A DNA stretch of 62,871 nt, filler included, from Sluysia triapertura (taxonomy: Eukaryota): NCBI GenBank assembly GCA_046118255.1. It is 5 parts of 5 records of this genome, joined end to end, with 100 filler letters (N's around TTAATTAATTAA, not from the genome) between each part and the next. Parts side by side here need not be neighbours in the genome. Positions count along the whole stretch, not along the records: positions 1 to 11,453 come from JBJNIA010184579.1; positions 11,554 to 24,037 come from JBJNIA010104765.1; 3 more parts are not named here. The stretch is one strand, 5' to 3'. A program made the translations under genes and the position numbers. The notes beneath the pieces are model-generated. The model had not been told where the DNA came from. It saw only the letters and a program-made list of their open reading frames with translations, and did no database searches. Below, in pieces: positions 1-12,682 of the stretch (its first letter is position 1; each line of letters opens with the position of its first letter).

Positions 1-187
1 TTCGGACAACTTTTTCCTCTATGGTTTTTAGAACAGTATAAACATGTTGGATCATTTAATTTATGTCTGCAATTATGAGCAGTGTGACCAAAAGCTTGAC
101 AGTGATAACATTGAATAATATGATGATGACTCGTAACTTTACAACTTTGAAAACCTACGTACACTTTACCATTCTAGAAAACATGAA

Positions 188-2251
188 TGTTGTGAAGTTT
201 TAAAGTTTATTATTGTTTTTATGTTAAGATCTTTTTTATAATATGAAATCAAATTATCTTTTACTTTACTAATTTTTAAATTAATTTTTATCAAAAATTC
301 TTTATAAAATTTTTTGTTTCGAAACGAATATTATATTATTATTAAATAAAAATTCGAAATAATAACATAAAAATTTATTTTTTAAAAGATTTAATTTTTG
401 TACTTAACTTCTATGCACGAGACTTCTTGAAGATGTTCCACCTATAAATAAAAAATAAATGTAATAATGACTGTCAACATATAATGGATATAAATAGACG
501 TTACTTACATTGCGGTTGTCGTCTGAAACGTTGGAAATTACTGGAATCGTATTCAGCAACTCTGAAATTCGTTCCAAGTGCAGGTAGTAAGATTATCTAT
601 CTTGTTCAGTGAACTTAAACTCATAAATAGAATGAATGTATCTGAAGTGTAGACTATGCGATAAACAGATCCTATTATTATCAGTAAGAGCTGAATACAT
701 AACACTTGTATAACTAAATTTCTTTTATTTGACTTATAATAGTCTTGGTCATGACCTTTATGTCGAGAGTTATTAGTAAAATACTCATTGTCCACATTAT
801 ACTTTTAGTAGACCTTACGTTTAACTTTATTAATATCATTAATATTATTTTTATCGCTAAAAAAATTAATTAAATTTAAATTATAATAATAAAGTTTGAA
901 GACATTTATCATTTTTATGAATACTAAAAACTTAACTTTGTAACGCTAAGTTTATGAAATTTCTCTTTAATATAGTTAAAGAAAACATCGTGTTCTTTTT
1001 CGTTGTTGGCTCTACCATCAATATATTCTCTTCTCCATATATGCATAAACTCGCATCAGCATTATTATCTTTATCATTATTAGGATTACAATTGTAAGCA
1101 TCGCAATGCTCGACTTCGACATTAATAACTTTATTATTACATATTGGCAATCGTCATAATCATCTTCATCGGCTTTATTCTGATTATCTCGAGTAATCAT
1201 AGCTGGAATATTGTTATCTTTACTTATCTTCATAGTTGCATATTGTATAATCATTACATTGAACATCATTAACTTTATGTTGATCATGACCTACAATCAT
1301 AACTTTAAGTTCATCATTAGCTTTATATTGATCATCACGAACAATCATAACTGGTACATTAGTATCTTTATTGTTGTAGATTAAGTCAAACTTAACTTCA
1401 TAGTTACATATCATATAATCGTTATATTTATCATCATTAGCTTTATTTTGATCATCTGATGCATCTCTTGATGATCTAAAATTAATGTAAGCGCCTCTTT
1501 GTCCATTGTATGTAGAAAATTTGACATTGCAATCAACATCAACTTGTTCACACTCTCGATAAATGATATTACGTACATCATAATTTGATAAACAATGAGG
1601 AAGTTTACTTAAACAAATAGAATAATATTTTCTGTCTATTCCTTCATTTTCATGACTACGATAATTTTGTGAATCTGTAGACTAATGCACATCAACAAAA
1701 TCATGACCAAATAACTTATGAAGCTAAATAACAGTAGATGGTGGATTAAAAGTATGTTGAAATAGAGTGATTTCGATAATTAAAAGATGATAAGTTATAG
1801 TGTAGGTTTTATTATGTTTGTAATAATGGTTATATAATGTTGAAAATGTGATTTACTTTCTTGATATATTTAAGTAGTGATGTCTTTATGTATTGTTAAG
1901 ACTCAAATGATGTAGATCATGAATTCAGAGTGTTTGGAAAGATTTGAGAGTGTGTGATAATTAATTTCGAATGTGGTTGTGATTCGGTCATTTTGAAATA
2001 AAAGACAAAGTACTTTAGATGAATTTTTAATGCAATTTAATGGTTAAAATGTAATTGTGGTTTGGATGTTATGAAATTATGTGTTTCGTTGATTTTAACA
2101 GGTGGAGATGTTTTTAATGAATGTAAAAGAGATAAATATGTGAGTATTAAAATGTTTAAGAGTATGGTTTTATGTACGATATGTTGATTTAGTTTAATTT
2201 TATTTTCTGTTGATTTTGGGTGTAATTTGTAGAAATAGGTTGGCCATCACA
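188..2251 (-). mobile_element. TGT...ACA cargo element copy 1 (long solo-LTR-like, 2064 bp) with a perfect 5-bp TSD
   Basis: Minus strand begins TGTGATGGCCAAC (2251) and ends CACAACA (188). It is flanked by ATGAA at 183-187 and at 2252-2256 and interrupts the LINE ORF1. The 5' ~500 bp are homologous to ~6900-7475 and ~29600-30022. Confidence 0.8.
1220..1680 (-). pseudogene. Truncated RRM resembling RBM15/Spenito RRM1, fused in frame to Asp/Asn-rich repeats (cargo of copy 1)
   Basis: Reads KYYSICLSKLPHCLSNYDVRNIIYRECEQVDVDCNVKFSTYNGQRGAYINFRSSRDA, with RNP2-like ICLSKL and RNP1-like RGAYINF. It continues in frame into the 1220-1414 ORF. Repeats of DDQxKAND...DYxICN run down to ~930. Confidence 0.65.
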
Positions 2252-4529
2252 ATGAAGTCTAAAGTTTCACCTTATTTAACTAATCTTTCAATGCCTATAT
2301 TTTTATCAATAATATCAGCGATTATATTACTATTACTTACATCATTAATTAGAACTGCATGTGGGTTTTCCAACTTGCATTTAAGATGAGATTGGTTAAT
2401 GCTATGATTAACTGATTTAATACTTTCCTTATCAGCAGAGTCGATTAATAAGTTGCCGTTCTTTGTTTTTTGTAATTGTTTATCTTCGAATTTATAAAAA
2501 TGTTTTTTAAATCTAGAACACTTTCGCTATTTTGATCTTCATCATTTATTAAAACCATTCTGTAGCTTTTATTGAGGTTATTCGTTTTTTGATTAATGTT
2601 CTTTAATTTTTTATTTTCAGTTGATTTTTGACTTTTTCGTTCTTTCCATCTTTAGTATTTTCAATTTTAGATAATTCTTCCGTCAGTGTTTATAATTCCT
2701 TGTTAACAGTAACTTTTCCATTTACAGAAACTTCTGTTTTTAAATTAATCTCTTTTTCCAAAACATAATTCACGAAAATTGTAAATTATCTTCATTGAAT
2801 TATCTAATAATTCACAAATGTCGCTAATTTTTAATAACAGTCTCCTTTTTCATCTTTTTAATATTATCTATACTTAACATTTCATATTTTTTTATAATAC
2901 TATCAATGACATTAGATTCTTCATTTTCAAACGTTAAATTCTTCATTTTTCAAACAAAATGTTTTTATTTTATTAGAAATAACCAAGTAAAATTTTTATA
3001 ACTTGACAGAATTTTTAGGACAAATTTTTATAAAGATTAGATATTGATACCTAGAACAAATCCTGATTAAGAAGAATAATAATTGATCAACTTCTTTCAA
3101 CAATTAGATGTATTTTGCGTAAGTTTATTATTATAAGTTTCCTCACTCTTCCTTTTCAAAGGAAGAGGCTAAATTCGTACGTAAAATATTACTAATTGAA
3201 CGCTATTTAAAAGCTAATTATTTAAAGGCTAGCTTAAAATAATTTTTAAAATCAAAAAATATTAAGAAGTCCTCTTAATAATATATTAAATTTTGTCGTT
3301 ATTATACTGAGTTATTTGTGTAATTAAATAGATACACCTTAGTTGATTTAGTTATTTTACTGTATATAATTCATTTGTTAGTTTTATTTTGATCAGTTCT
3401 GACCGATTTAATGATTATATATTGGTTTAGTTCCATTTATTAACTTCCATGTATATTAGTTCCATCTATATTCCATTTATATATTGCCTTTTTAACAAGA
3501 GAACAATATGTTACAATTTACAATTATTAATTCACGTTTTGTTAGTATGTAAATATAGCACCCATATTACGAATTTATATTGCCTATTGAACGTTGTTTC
3601 ATCGAATAAGAAATAAGACTCTAACAGTTAACAGTTCCATTATTATTCCGCTACATAAAATAATATTTAAGCGTAAACCGTCAAGGGATTCCTCTTATTT
3701 AAGAACTTTTGATTTTGAAATCCTAATAACACGTTCTTTAGCAATAAACGTAAAGCATGCTAATTAGACATGATATTTTGCAAGTATAAGTTAAGGAAAG
3801 AAGAATATTCTTGCATTAATAGTGATAATAATCATATAATGATATCTTTTATAAAAATAATTATTATTATAATTATAACTAAAATAATAATCAATAATTA
3901 TGATCATTAGATATTGGATACTTGCAATTCAATGAAATTTAGATTGGATACAACAGTTGCCAATATAAATTTTACTTATTTAATAATTAATAATAATACT
4001 TAATTGTATACAATAATTAATTTGCAGGGATAGAAATTTTGTAAGTGCTAACAAAATCTTTAAACGAAACCTTATTTTTTGAAAATACTATTAACATAGA
4101 AAAAGCGAACTTATCGGTGCGGTGTTGCAAACCTACAATTCATCCAAAACAAAAATCGCCATTAACACTCAAAATATTAAACATATATACAATCTTATAT
4201 AGACTTAGCACATCAACATAAAACCACTAAAAACTATACCTATTTCCAGAAGTGGTATATCAAATATCAGATATTAAGAAAAGTGGAATGAGATAATGTT
4301 TCCTATAAAAAGAACAAGAATTCTAACCGAAATTGTTGATGCAGCATCACCAAAAGGTGCAAAAGCTCCCAAATATGAATTGCTATTAACGCAAGATCAC
4401 TTTGAACAAGCCGCAAAACATACAGTATATAGAATTTGGGGGAAATTTGCCATAATTGGGGCACATTTGTATTGTTGTATTGGAATTTATATTGTTCTAA
4501 AGGCTATTATTATATGCACTCAAGTATTA

Positions 4530-7475
4530 TGTTGTGCCTTTTAATACTTTTTTATTTTACAACTTCTTAATTAAACCTCAATAATTAAACAAATTCAGAA
4601 TCTCGATATATTCTTTGAATTATCACAAAATTACAACCAAAATATATAAATTATTCATTATAACAACGACAATACAAAGTACTCTTTATGACAAAATACA
4701 AATTATTCTCTATAACAATATTATAAATTATTATATATAACGTAAATTACTCTCTATAAACAAATGACAACCAGGGGTGGCACAACTTACATTTTCGCAC
4801 CAGTATTAATGCAAAATATAAACAGTAAGAAATATATAACTAACCCTTGTCCTAAAAAGAAAATTGATTATTTTAGTCAATTGCTAAAGAAATGACTTTA
4901 CTTTCACCGTTATCCACTGATGAACTAAAGCAGCTTCCCTACAGTTAAAAAGTTTGCTTTATTTGATTTATCCTGACTCTGTCCTTTTACTTCTGTTTTA
5001 ATTGCAGAAATAATATAGAAGTTTTATGGCAATTAATGAAATTAAAAATCAGAAATCGAATAAGACGGAAATTAAAGCTATCGATTTTCTTTTAGTCGGC
5101 AATAAGTCGACTAATTTCGCCGATTGCATGTCGACAGAAATTATTATTCCAATTATCTAAATTTGTGGAAAACAATCCCCTTATCTTCTTAATATCACCT
5201 AATTAAAATTTAAAATCATTGTTACACTGCTTTTATAATAATAACAACGTAATTTGTCAACTTAATGAAATTAATGAAATAAATTTATTTATAACAGGAA
5301 TATTCCGCATTAATACCTTGCAGGTCAAGTTCAGTAACATATTTAAATTAGTTTCTCCATAAGCATTAATTTGATATGAGTTAAAGTTGAATTTGGCATA
5401 AAATTTAACTGAAATTTTTTTGAGTATTTATTTGAATATTGGATTTTTTAAAATGTATTTTAAATTCTATTGAAATTAACAAAATGAATAAGAGTTTTGG
5501 CTTACAACTGAACCAAAGATACATTTAAGAATCTATTAAAAATTTCTAAAAACAAAATTTTAACGTTTAGATATTGTATTCTGCATATATTTTCTACTTG
5601 AGCCTGTGTTTCGTTGCCTGAAGAAAAATCATAATTAAAATTATTATTATTGTAATAAAAGATAATTACTAATTTATCAACTTTTATTGGCAACCCTTTT
5701 CGAGTATATGTAGCTATCCACGAATTAACACTCTTGAGAAGCTCATTGATTTCCAATTCGTTGGCTACATGAGTATACCGACACCTTACTCCGTCCTCAA
5801 GCAAATTCCATGATCTTCAGCGGAGCATGGACAAAATGCGAGAACATTTGTTATGTAATCTTCTTGTCTACTGACAGTTGTTTCATGGTTATGAGTATAG
5901 TTATGTATGACTTTAATATGATCCTCATCTTCATATTGTTTGGAATAGTGATCATCATCTTTGTATTGCTTAACATGGTTATTAACATATTCGTTACCAA
6001 TTTTATAATATTTTAAATAATTATCTTCATTTTTATCTTTAAGATTATTGACATAATTGTCATTATTTTTCTTTATGATTCTTGACATAATAGCTATCAT
6101 CTTTAAAACTATTAACATACTCTTTATCATTTTCATGATGTTTAAAATACCTGTCATCATTTTTATCTTTAAGATTCTTAACATAATTGTTATCTTTATC
6201 TTTATGGTCTTTAGAATCATTGTTACCATGATTGTGGTAGTCCAAAGATTAGCTTTAGTCTCACAGTTGAAAACTAAGCAAATACTTTCGTCGTGGAGCA
6301 TTTTAAAATTGTTAAGTCAACAAACAGTAACTTTTGAAATTGTGAGTTATTAACGATACTTCTTATTTATTAACATAAATTGTGATCGATTTATTTTTGA
6401 AAAATTATTTTGTGCATAACGTTTGTATCCCGATTAGAGCAAAGTAGTCTAATAGCTGATTCGGTTGGATAGCCAATAAGATCTGCTAGTTTATTTTACT
6501 GGTATTGATGAATGCAATCATACTGAGATGACAACCATCATCAACAATGACATGGAATTGTAAATGTAAAGCAAAATGTCATTGCTGATGATGGCGGTAA
6601 CTCACTTGATTGTGAACTAAATGGATAAAATTTAAATTGAATTAAATTATGTTAAAATGATAATAATAATAACGAAGTGTTATTATTATTAATCAAAGAA
6701 TGCATAAATTTCTTGAAAAATCAATTTTTACACGAGTTTTCTTTGCTTTTCATAATCTTTCTCGACATATCTAAATTGTAGAAGAGAAAGGAACTTTCGG
6801 ATTTGTGAATTTATGATCTTAAGTACTTTTTTTGCTGTTTTAGGTCAATTTTGCATAATTAATTCCGATGTTTTGACTGAAATAACGTTTTTGGCTGAAA
6901 TGTTATTAAAGTGTAAATAATTCTGACCTAAATGTAATGTAAGCGTTAAAATGAGTGATGATAGTGTTTGAATATTAAGATTGAATGGTACCAGATGTAG
7001 ATTTATGGTGTTTAATTTACTTTGGAAGTATTGGTTGATTGATTACGAGTGTGAATGTGATTGAATTGTTTGAGATGAAAGAGTGCAACATAAAATATTT
7101 TGAATGAATTTTTAATGTACTTTAATGGTTTAAGACGTTATTGTGATTTGGATGCTGTGAGGTGTCGAATAAATATTCTCAATGGATCGCTTAATGTGAA
7201 TTGATGGTATTCTTTGTTATAAGATTGTAGGTTTGAAATATTTCGAAAAGTGAATGTTTATTTTGGTGTTTGAGAAGAGAAATAAGATATGAAAATGGTT
7301 GTGGTGAATTTTATAAGATTGTTATATGTTGTTGAAAATATGGTTTTAGTTACGTTGCGTTAGTTTTAAATGGATTTAAAGATGTGTACTGTATGTTTGA
7401 AAGTTTATAAGATTTTAATATGTTTGAGTTAAAATTTTTGTAAAATTTATTAAGGTTAGTGAGTTGGCCAGCACA
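4530..7475 (-). mobile_element. TGT...ACA cargo element copy 2 (~2.95 kb)
   Basis: Begins TGTGCTGGCCAAC (7475) and ends CACAACA (4530). Positions 4530-5080 are highly similar to 26942-27420, and the hairpin at 6535-6594 is shared with copy 3. No TSD is recognisable (TATTA vs AATAC). Confidence 0.7.
5502..6301 (-). pseudogene. Frameshifted Asp/Asn/Lys/His-rich repetitive ORF plus a downstream ORF of unknown function (cargo of copy 2)
   Basis: ORFs 5786-6301, 6063-6245 and 5502-5804, with repeats such as NNYVKNLKDKNDDRYFK / DNYVNNLKDKNEDNYLK. Confidence 0.45.
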
Positions 7476-8477
7476 AATACTTCTGTTGCTTTGACAAAAA
7501 TAGCTAATAATAGCCGAGTTCAATATCGCTTGCAATATACAACTGTTGATAATTGTTGTATAATTATGCAAACTAAATTTTACGAAGATATGGATCAATT
7601 TTATAATTTTTTTAGCTCAAATTACATTATTATTTATCAAGGAGATACGACAAAATTAGCAGCGATTATTCGGGGATTAAGGAAATTCATTTTAATTTGA
7701 AAGGTAAATCTGGTATTACAAGATTTGAAGAAAATTTTGCTAAAGAGGCAGTTGAATATGTTGGACCGCGATTGGATGAATGCAGTTAGAGATTTGGATA
7801 GTAACATAGAAACGCCTAAGGTATATTTGAAAATGACAACTATATTAAGCTATTGAGTATTTTAATAAAGTAATGTAAACATTAAATTTGAATAAAAAAT
7901 TAAGGAGTCAAGAGTAGTGTGTTACATGAAAACTGAAAATATAAAAATAATGCATATAAATAAATTAATAATGTAATAAATTAATAATAATAAATTAATA
8001 ATATCTATTCTTGTTATTTTCTTAGTTTTCACTATTTAAATGAAATTAAATTATGCAACAATGACAAGTATTTCCTTTAGCTTCTTTATTCCTTTGATAT
8101 TTAATGGAATATTTTTATATTATACAAAACTTGACATTATATATACTATACCGAATTTGACAAGTTTAAGTTATGGTGTATTTTCAAATTCAATACGTGA
8201 GATATCGTCAATACTTTACATGTTACAATACTTTATAGCACAAACGATACAGTCAAACCTCATATTGATGGTTTGTATAGAAATGTTTGTATTGTTTGTA
8301 TTTATTAGGTTCTTTATTTTGTTAAAAAATTTTTTTAAAGTAATTTTTTGGTTAATTCGTTATTATTTTTTTCATTGTTCTAAAAAGCTTTAAGCCACTA
8401 AGAACTCTATTAGTTACATGTATTTCATTAATTCTTGTCATCATCCGCCATAATGGTTCGTAAAATAACGCCGGTAC

Positions 8478-8875
8478 TCAATTTTACGGCGCCGAATCCA
8501 TAAACCAATTCTATGACTTGAATCAATATCATCTTCATGAACTTTTTCTTCTATTGTTTTTCATCACTAACTACATTTCCATCATTACCAACTCCATCCA
8601 AATTCGATAAAATAATAACAGGTCTAGTTGACTGAATAGTGCTTCTTTTCTTTAGTTAAAGCTAAAAAGAATTCCCGTCCATCTAAAATATGTTGGAGCA
8701 GTAATTTCGTTTGTGATAGTGATAAATCAAATAATTTACTCGAAGCTTCACTAGCACTACATCTTAGTGCCAATTCACTTGTCTTGACTTGAATTATGAG
8801 TCCGATTCGAAAACGAATCATTTGTGAAAGTAAATGAGGTTCTATATATGCAAACACAGCCAAATAAACTAAGCA
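8478..8875 (-). pseudogene. PHKA: Phosphorylase kinase alpha-subunit (PHKA-like) fragment
   Basis: LVYLAVFAYIEPHLLSQMIRFRIGLIIQVKTSELALRCSASEASSKLFDLSLSQTKLLLQHILDGREF matches the PHKA segment YLAMxxRTxPxLFxEMxRLRIGLIIQVMATELA...LHHILSGKEF. Downstream GLWIRRRKIE matches GQWxRRRRLDG. Stop codons lie between the two blocks. Confidence 0.8.
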
Positions 8876-9009
8876 TATTCATATTTGTCAGTATCCGCTT
8901 TGAAGATTTAATCCGGCGAAATGTGTAGCGTTTCCTGGTTTATTTAACATTTCATCTGTTTGCGCTAATTGGAAAACATCTTTAATGTTATTTTATTTAA
9001 CTCTCTGAA

Positions 9010-9180
9010 ATAATAATACTGGTGATGAGAAATGTGAGAAACTTGTTCTTATTATTCCTGATTTCTCCATAGTATCCATTTGATACTGCATTTTCTTTTC
9101 ATTAGAAAGTGGAATTCTATAAGGTTTTTTCTGAATAACTTTATTTTCAGTCAAGGATATTTCATGTTTGATTATGATTG
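9010..9180 (-). mobile_element. Ty3/Gypsy reverse transcriptase N-terminal remnant
   Basis: Reads IIKHEISLTENKVIQKKPYRIPLSNEKKMQYQMDTMEKSGIIRTSFSHFSSPVLL, the HxI...PYRxP...GIIxxSxSxxxSPV signature. A possible PBS (TGGTGCGGCC, minus strand) lies at ~10187-10196. Confidence 0.85.
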
Positions 9181-11453
9181 AATCTTCTATACTAAATTTA
9201 TTTCTAGATTTTGCTGTTGGATATTTTTAAATAACTTTATGTACTTCATCTTACATTTTTTTACATAATATTCTTCATTTATATTCCGTTGCACTTTTGT
9301 ATTATTACTTTTTGATTTTTCTAAAATAATATTAAGTGTGATTCTACTTTATAATGAATGACGTTTCCTAATTTGGAATCTTCATGTAGCCATTTATTGT
9401 CATTAGTGTAATTTATCTCTCTGATAGGTTTGTTTCCATGGAAATACCAAAATTGTATAAATTCAAGCTACTGAAAATATTTGATATATGATAAAAGCTA
9501 TCACTTTGATTATACCGCATATGATAATTAATCCAAAGAAAAATTGTCTCAAACTATGTAACCTCCACAAATTCATTTTTGGGTTTTTGTGCTGCTTCCT
9601 TAAAATGATCTGGTTCTAGTAGTAATTCAAATTTAATCGTCCTTCCTTTTCTAATATTGCTTTGACTTCTATATCGGTTAAGGCTTTAGAACTTTTTCCT
9701 TTCCGTGCAGCTTGAATGTCAGCATTTTTATAAATTACTGAATATGGTATATTCATTGCTGCGAAAAAATATAACTTTCCTTTTAATTCTATCAGATCTA
9801 TAATTTCGGGGTCTCCATCATATGTGGAGACACTACATATAATTATAATTAAATAGTTTACTGTATGAATGTTTAGCTCATAAGTATTTAGATTTTTATT
9901 AATTTAAATAATGTTTATTTTCCTATTATAATTTTTATGTTTAGCTAGAACAAAAATCAATCGTCATATATTTTGTCACATGTTCCATTTGTCTGCGAAC
10001 CATTAAAAAATAATACTCAATTGCAATTCCACGTTGAATATATATTTTATTATATATTTTATTTGACACCTCTACCTCTTGCCCCGTGTGCAGAACTTGC
10101 CTTTTAAGCTTTTACTTTTATTAATGAATATATTCTTAGTTTTTCAGAAAAACAACCAGGAATTGATTCTGCAGATAAAAATCTTGGCCGCACCAAATTT
10201 TCTCGCAAATCTTAATAAATCTCAGCAGTAACTGAAGCATTTCTATAAATTGCATGATACAATAAAAAATCAGTGTCATAATAAACCAATCAAGCCCTTC
10301 TTAAAGAGGAAATAAGTATTTTCTTAAATAATTATATTGCTCAAATTACTAAACTCGAAATACTATTTAACTTACGATTTATTTATCTAATTTTGTTTAT
10401 CAATTTATTTTTTTCTAATTTTCCAGTCGTCATTTTTCAGGACAAAATAATCTATCGGCAAAAGAATTTACTTTCCTGATTCTGCCAAAACTCAAAACAC
10501 TCTTAAAAGCGAACTCAATTGATACGTTACGTTTGCCTTTTCGGTGGTTAAAGAAGGCGATAATTTTTTTAATCATAACTTGCTGTCATATACAACATCA
10601 GATTGTCATATCCTGTTCTACCGCTCATGACTTGTCGTTGAACTTCTTCCGAGCTTATTTCACTTTTTGATCTGATTAATGTTGCTGGATTGGAATTTGA
10701 TGTATTTATATTTAGTGTTTTATTATTTAATTGTTTATTGTTTAGTACTTCATAAATTATGATACGAAATATTAATTTAAAATAAACTTAAAAGTATTAA
10801 AATATTTATCTTTATAAAGGTCGACTTAATGTCCTTGATAATATAAACTGAATACGAAAGATACAAAAAATGTCCCTTTATTATGCGAATTGTAAAAATA
10901 ATAGCAATAGAACGAAAATGATAGATAAAATAACAAACAATGTCCATTTGATAATATAAAAGACCACGTGCAATTTGGAAAGTCAAGCCTCTGTAATTAG
11001 GAACGTCTCGTGCAACACGGCATATAGATTCCGATATATTCTCCGAGCGATCCACCTGTCTCATAAATAAGCTAGTTACCAACTAATAAATACTAGCTAA
11101 CGCATCTATGCTAAAGCTTGATTACTTAAACGATTCTAAATAAAACATAATCATATAGTATCCTCTAAGTGACGTCATTAACCGTTCAAAAGTTTGTTGC
11201 ATAAATACATAAGTCTTTTCTTTCAAGACTTCATAAGCATAAACTCGTTTAGCCTTTAATTCACGTGAATTCAAATTAAAAATTTTAAGTAGTCTTTGTG
11301 TTTTATTGTTTAACCTTTGTCCGTCAACCGAATGTAATTGTGACGTTTTAGTCAACCTGGGGGGTAATTTTACCCTCCAGAATTTTTACCCACCGTTTAC
11401 GTTAACGTAGTATTACATCATACTGAAGAGAGCTGTGAAAAGCGGTTGTATCA

Positions 11454-11553
11454 NNNNNNNNNNNNNNNNNNNNNNNNNNNNNNNNNNNNNNNNNNNNTTA
11501 ATTAATTAANNNNNNNNNNNNNNNNNNNNNNNNNNNNNNNNNNNNNNNNNNNN
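11454..11553. other. Artificial contig spacer (44 N + TTAATTAATTAA + 44 N)
   Basis: The identical 100-nt spacer recurs four times, and its linker gives stop codons in all six frames. Confidence 0.97.
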
Positions 11554-12682
11554 TGTTAATTATTACTATGTTAAACTTATCTTTATTATTTTGAGCAAAA
11601 ATTTTATTTCTCAATCATTTCAAAGATTTTTTATACACTTTACGATATTGCTCGAAGATCTTAAATGCTTATCAAGGTTTCAAAAATATTCAAAGGTTAA
11701 TAAGATCATAAATAACCTAAAGGTACCTTAATGCCTCTAAAGGTTTTTCAAGTCCATCTCAAACTTCCTTAAGGTCTCAAACCCTTATATAGGTCTTTGG
11801 AACCTTAAGTATTCTTTAGCTGTTAAGATTATTATAAATGTTTCCTCTTTAATGATTCTTATTTCAGCAGTGTTTATAATGTTCAGTCCATCACTTATAC
11901 CAGTTTTCCCTCATTTTATGATTTTACATGTTTTCATTCATCTCCAGATCCACAGCTGCGCAATCCCAACAATCTGATCAACTAAACAATCTAATATTAA
12001 TTTTAATTAAAGTAGACGATCTGTACCTATTCGTGTTTAAATCAACTCCCAAGATTATTATGAATTACTGGATCTCATAAAACTCGAATCATCCTCTGAC
12101 TCATCAATGTCAGTAATAACAAGTGAAGTTTCAGAATCATCATCATCAGGAATTGGTTCTATCGAGACAGTGATGCTCACCTTTTCTGACAAAAATAACA
12201 ATAAGAATAGGAAATCATTTTGGGCACTATTATTAATATTAAGAATTTTGTTACTAACTCTGATTGATACAGTTAAGTCAATAGATATAGAGAAAGATGC
12301 AAAAGATATCAATTACGAATAGATACAACGAGTATTGGGAATTAAAAATTAATTCGAATAAATTTCTAAGCCATAAGTTCACTATTTACTGTGTGTATTT
12401 AGAACCACTATTTATTGAAAAACCACATCACATAGATAAAATACCACAATGTCTGCAAGATACATATAGACCAATGCTAGTAGCATTCACATTAGACACT
12501 GAAAGAAAAATTCGTGCAGAATATAACAAATAAAGTTATAAACAATTGTACCACTAAATTCAAGGCTAGTAAATTATCGTCCAATGATACCATATACAAT
12601 ATTTTTATTTTGGCTCACCACTTGATTATTATCTCGGTAATTCTTATAGTAGTATATGCACTATAGATTATTCTACACGTAG

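Larger units (their letters stand above)
1..2946 (-). pseudogene. Non-LTR retrotransposon (LINE) ORF1 remnant with gag-like CCHC zinc knuckles, split by the 188-2251 insertion
   Basis: Minus strand ~1-175 reads NGKVYVGFQSCKVTSHHHIIQCYHCQAFGHTAHNCRHKLNDPTCLYCSKNHRGKSCP (CX2CX4HX4C followed by CX2CX3HX4C). Positions 2252-2946 carry a frameshifted Lys/Glu-rich N-terminus and KLENPHAVLINDVSNSNIIADIIDKNIGIERLVK*GETLDF, which resembles the region preceding LINE ORF1 knuckles. Confidence 0.75.

Noticed and set aside
1750-2250. C/A-rich block (also 7350-7598, 29963-30151, 53601-53921) as a signal-peptide glycoprotein family
   Set aside because: The reading frame is not conserved between copies. The apparent ORFs follow from strand skew in an LTR-like sequence.
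5810-6353. Hydrophobic Ile/Met/Phe-rich ORFs (also 32605-32857) as membrane proteins
   Set aside because: They are alternative-frame or antisense shadows of GAT/AAT-rich repeats.
8040-8393. 117-aa hydrophobic ORF as a real gene
   Set aside because: No recognisable motif; its composition is explained by T-rich sequence in a probable LTR region.
10701-11417. TGTA...TACA segment as a defined LTR
   Set aside because: No TSD, adjacent PBS or PPT, or second copy in the window, so it remains possible but unsupported.
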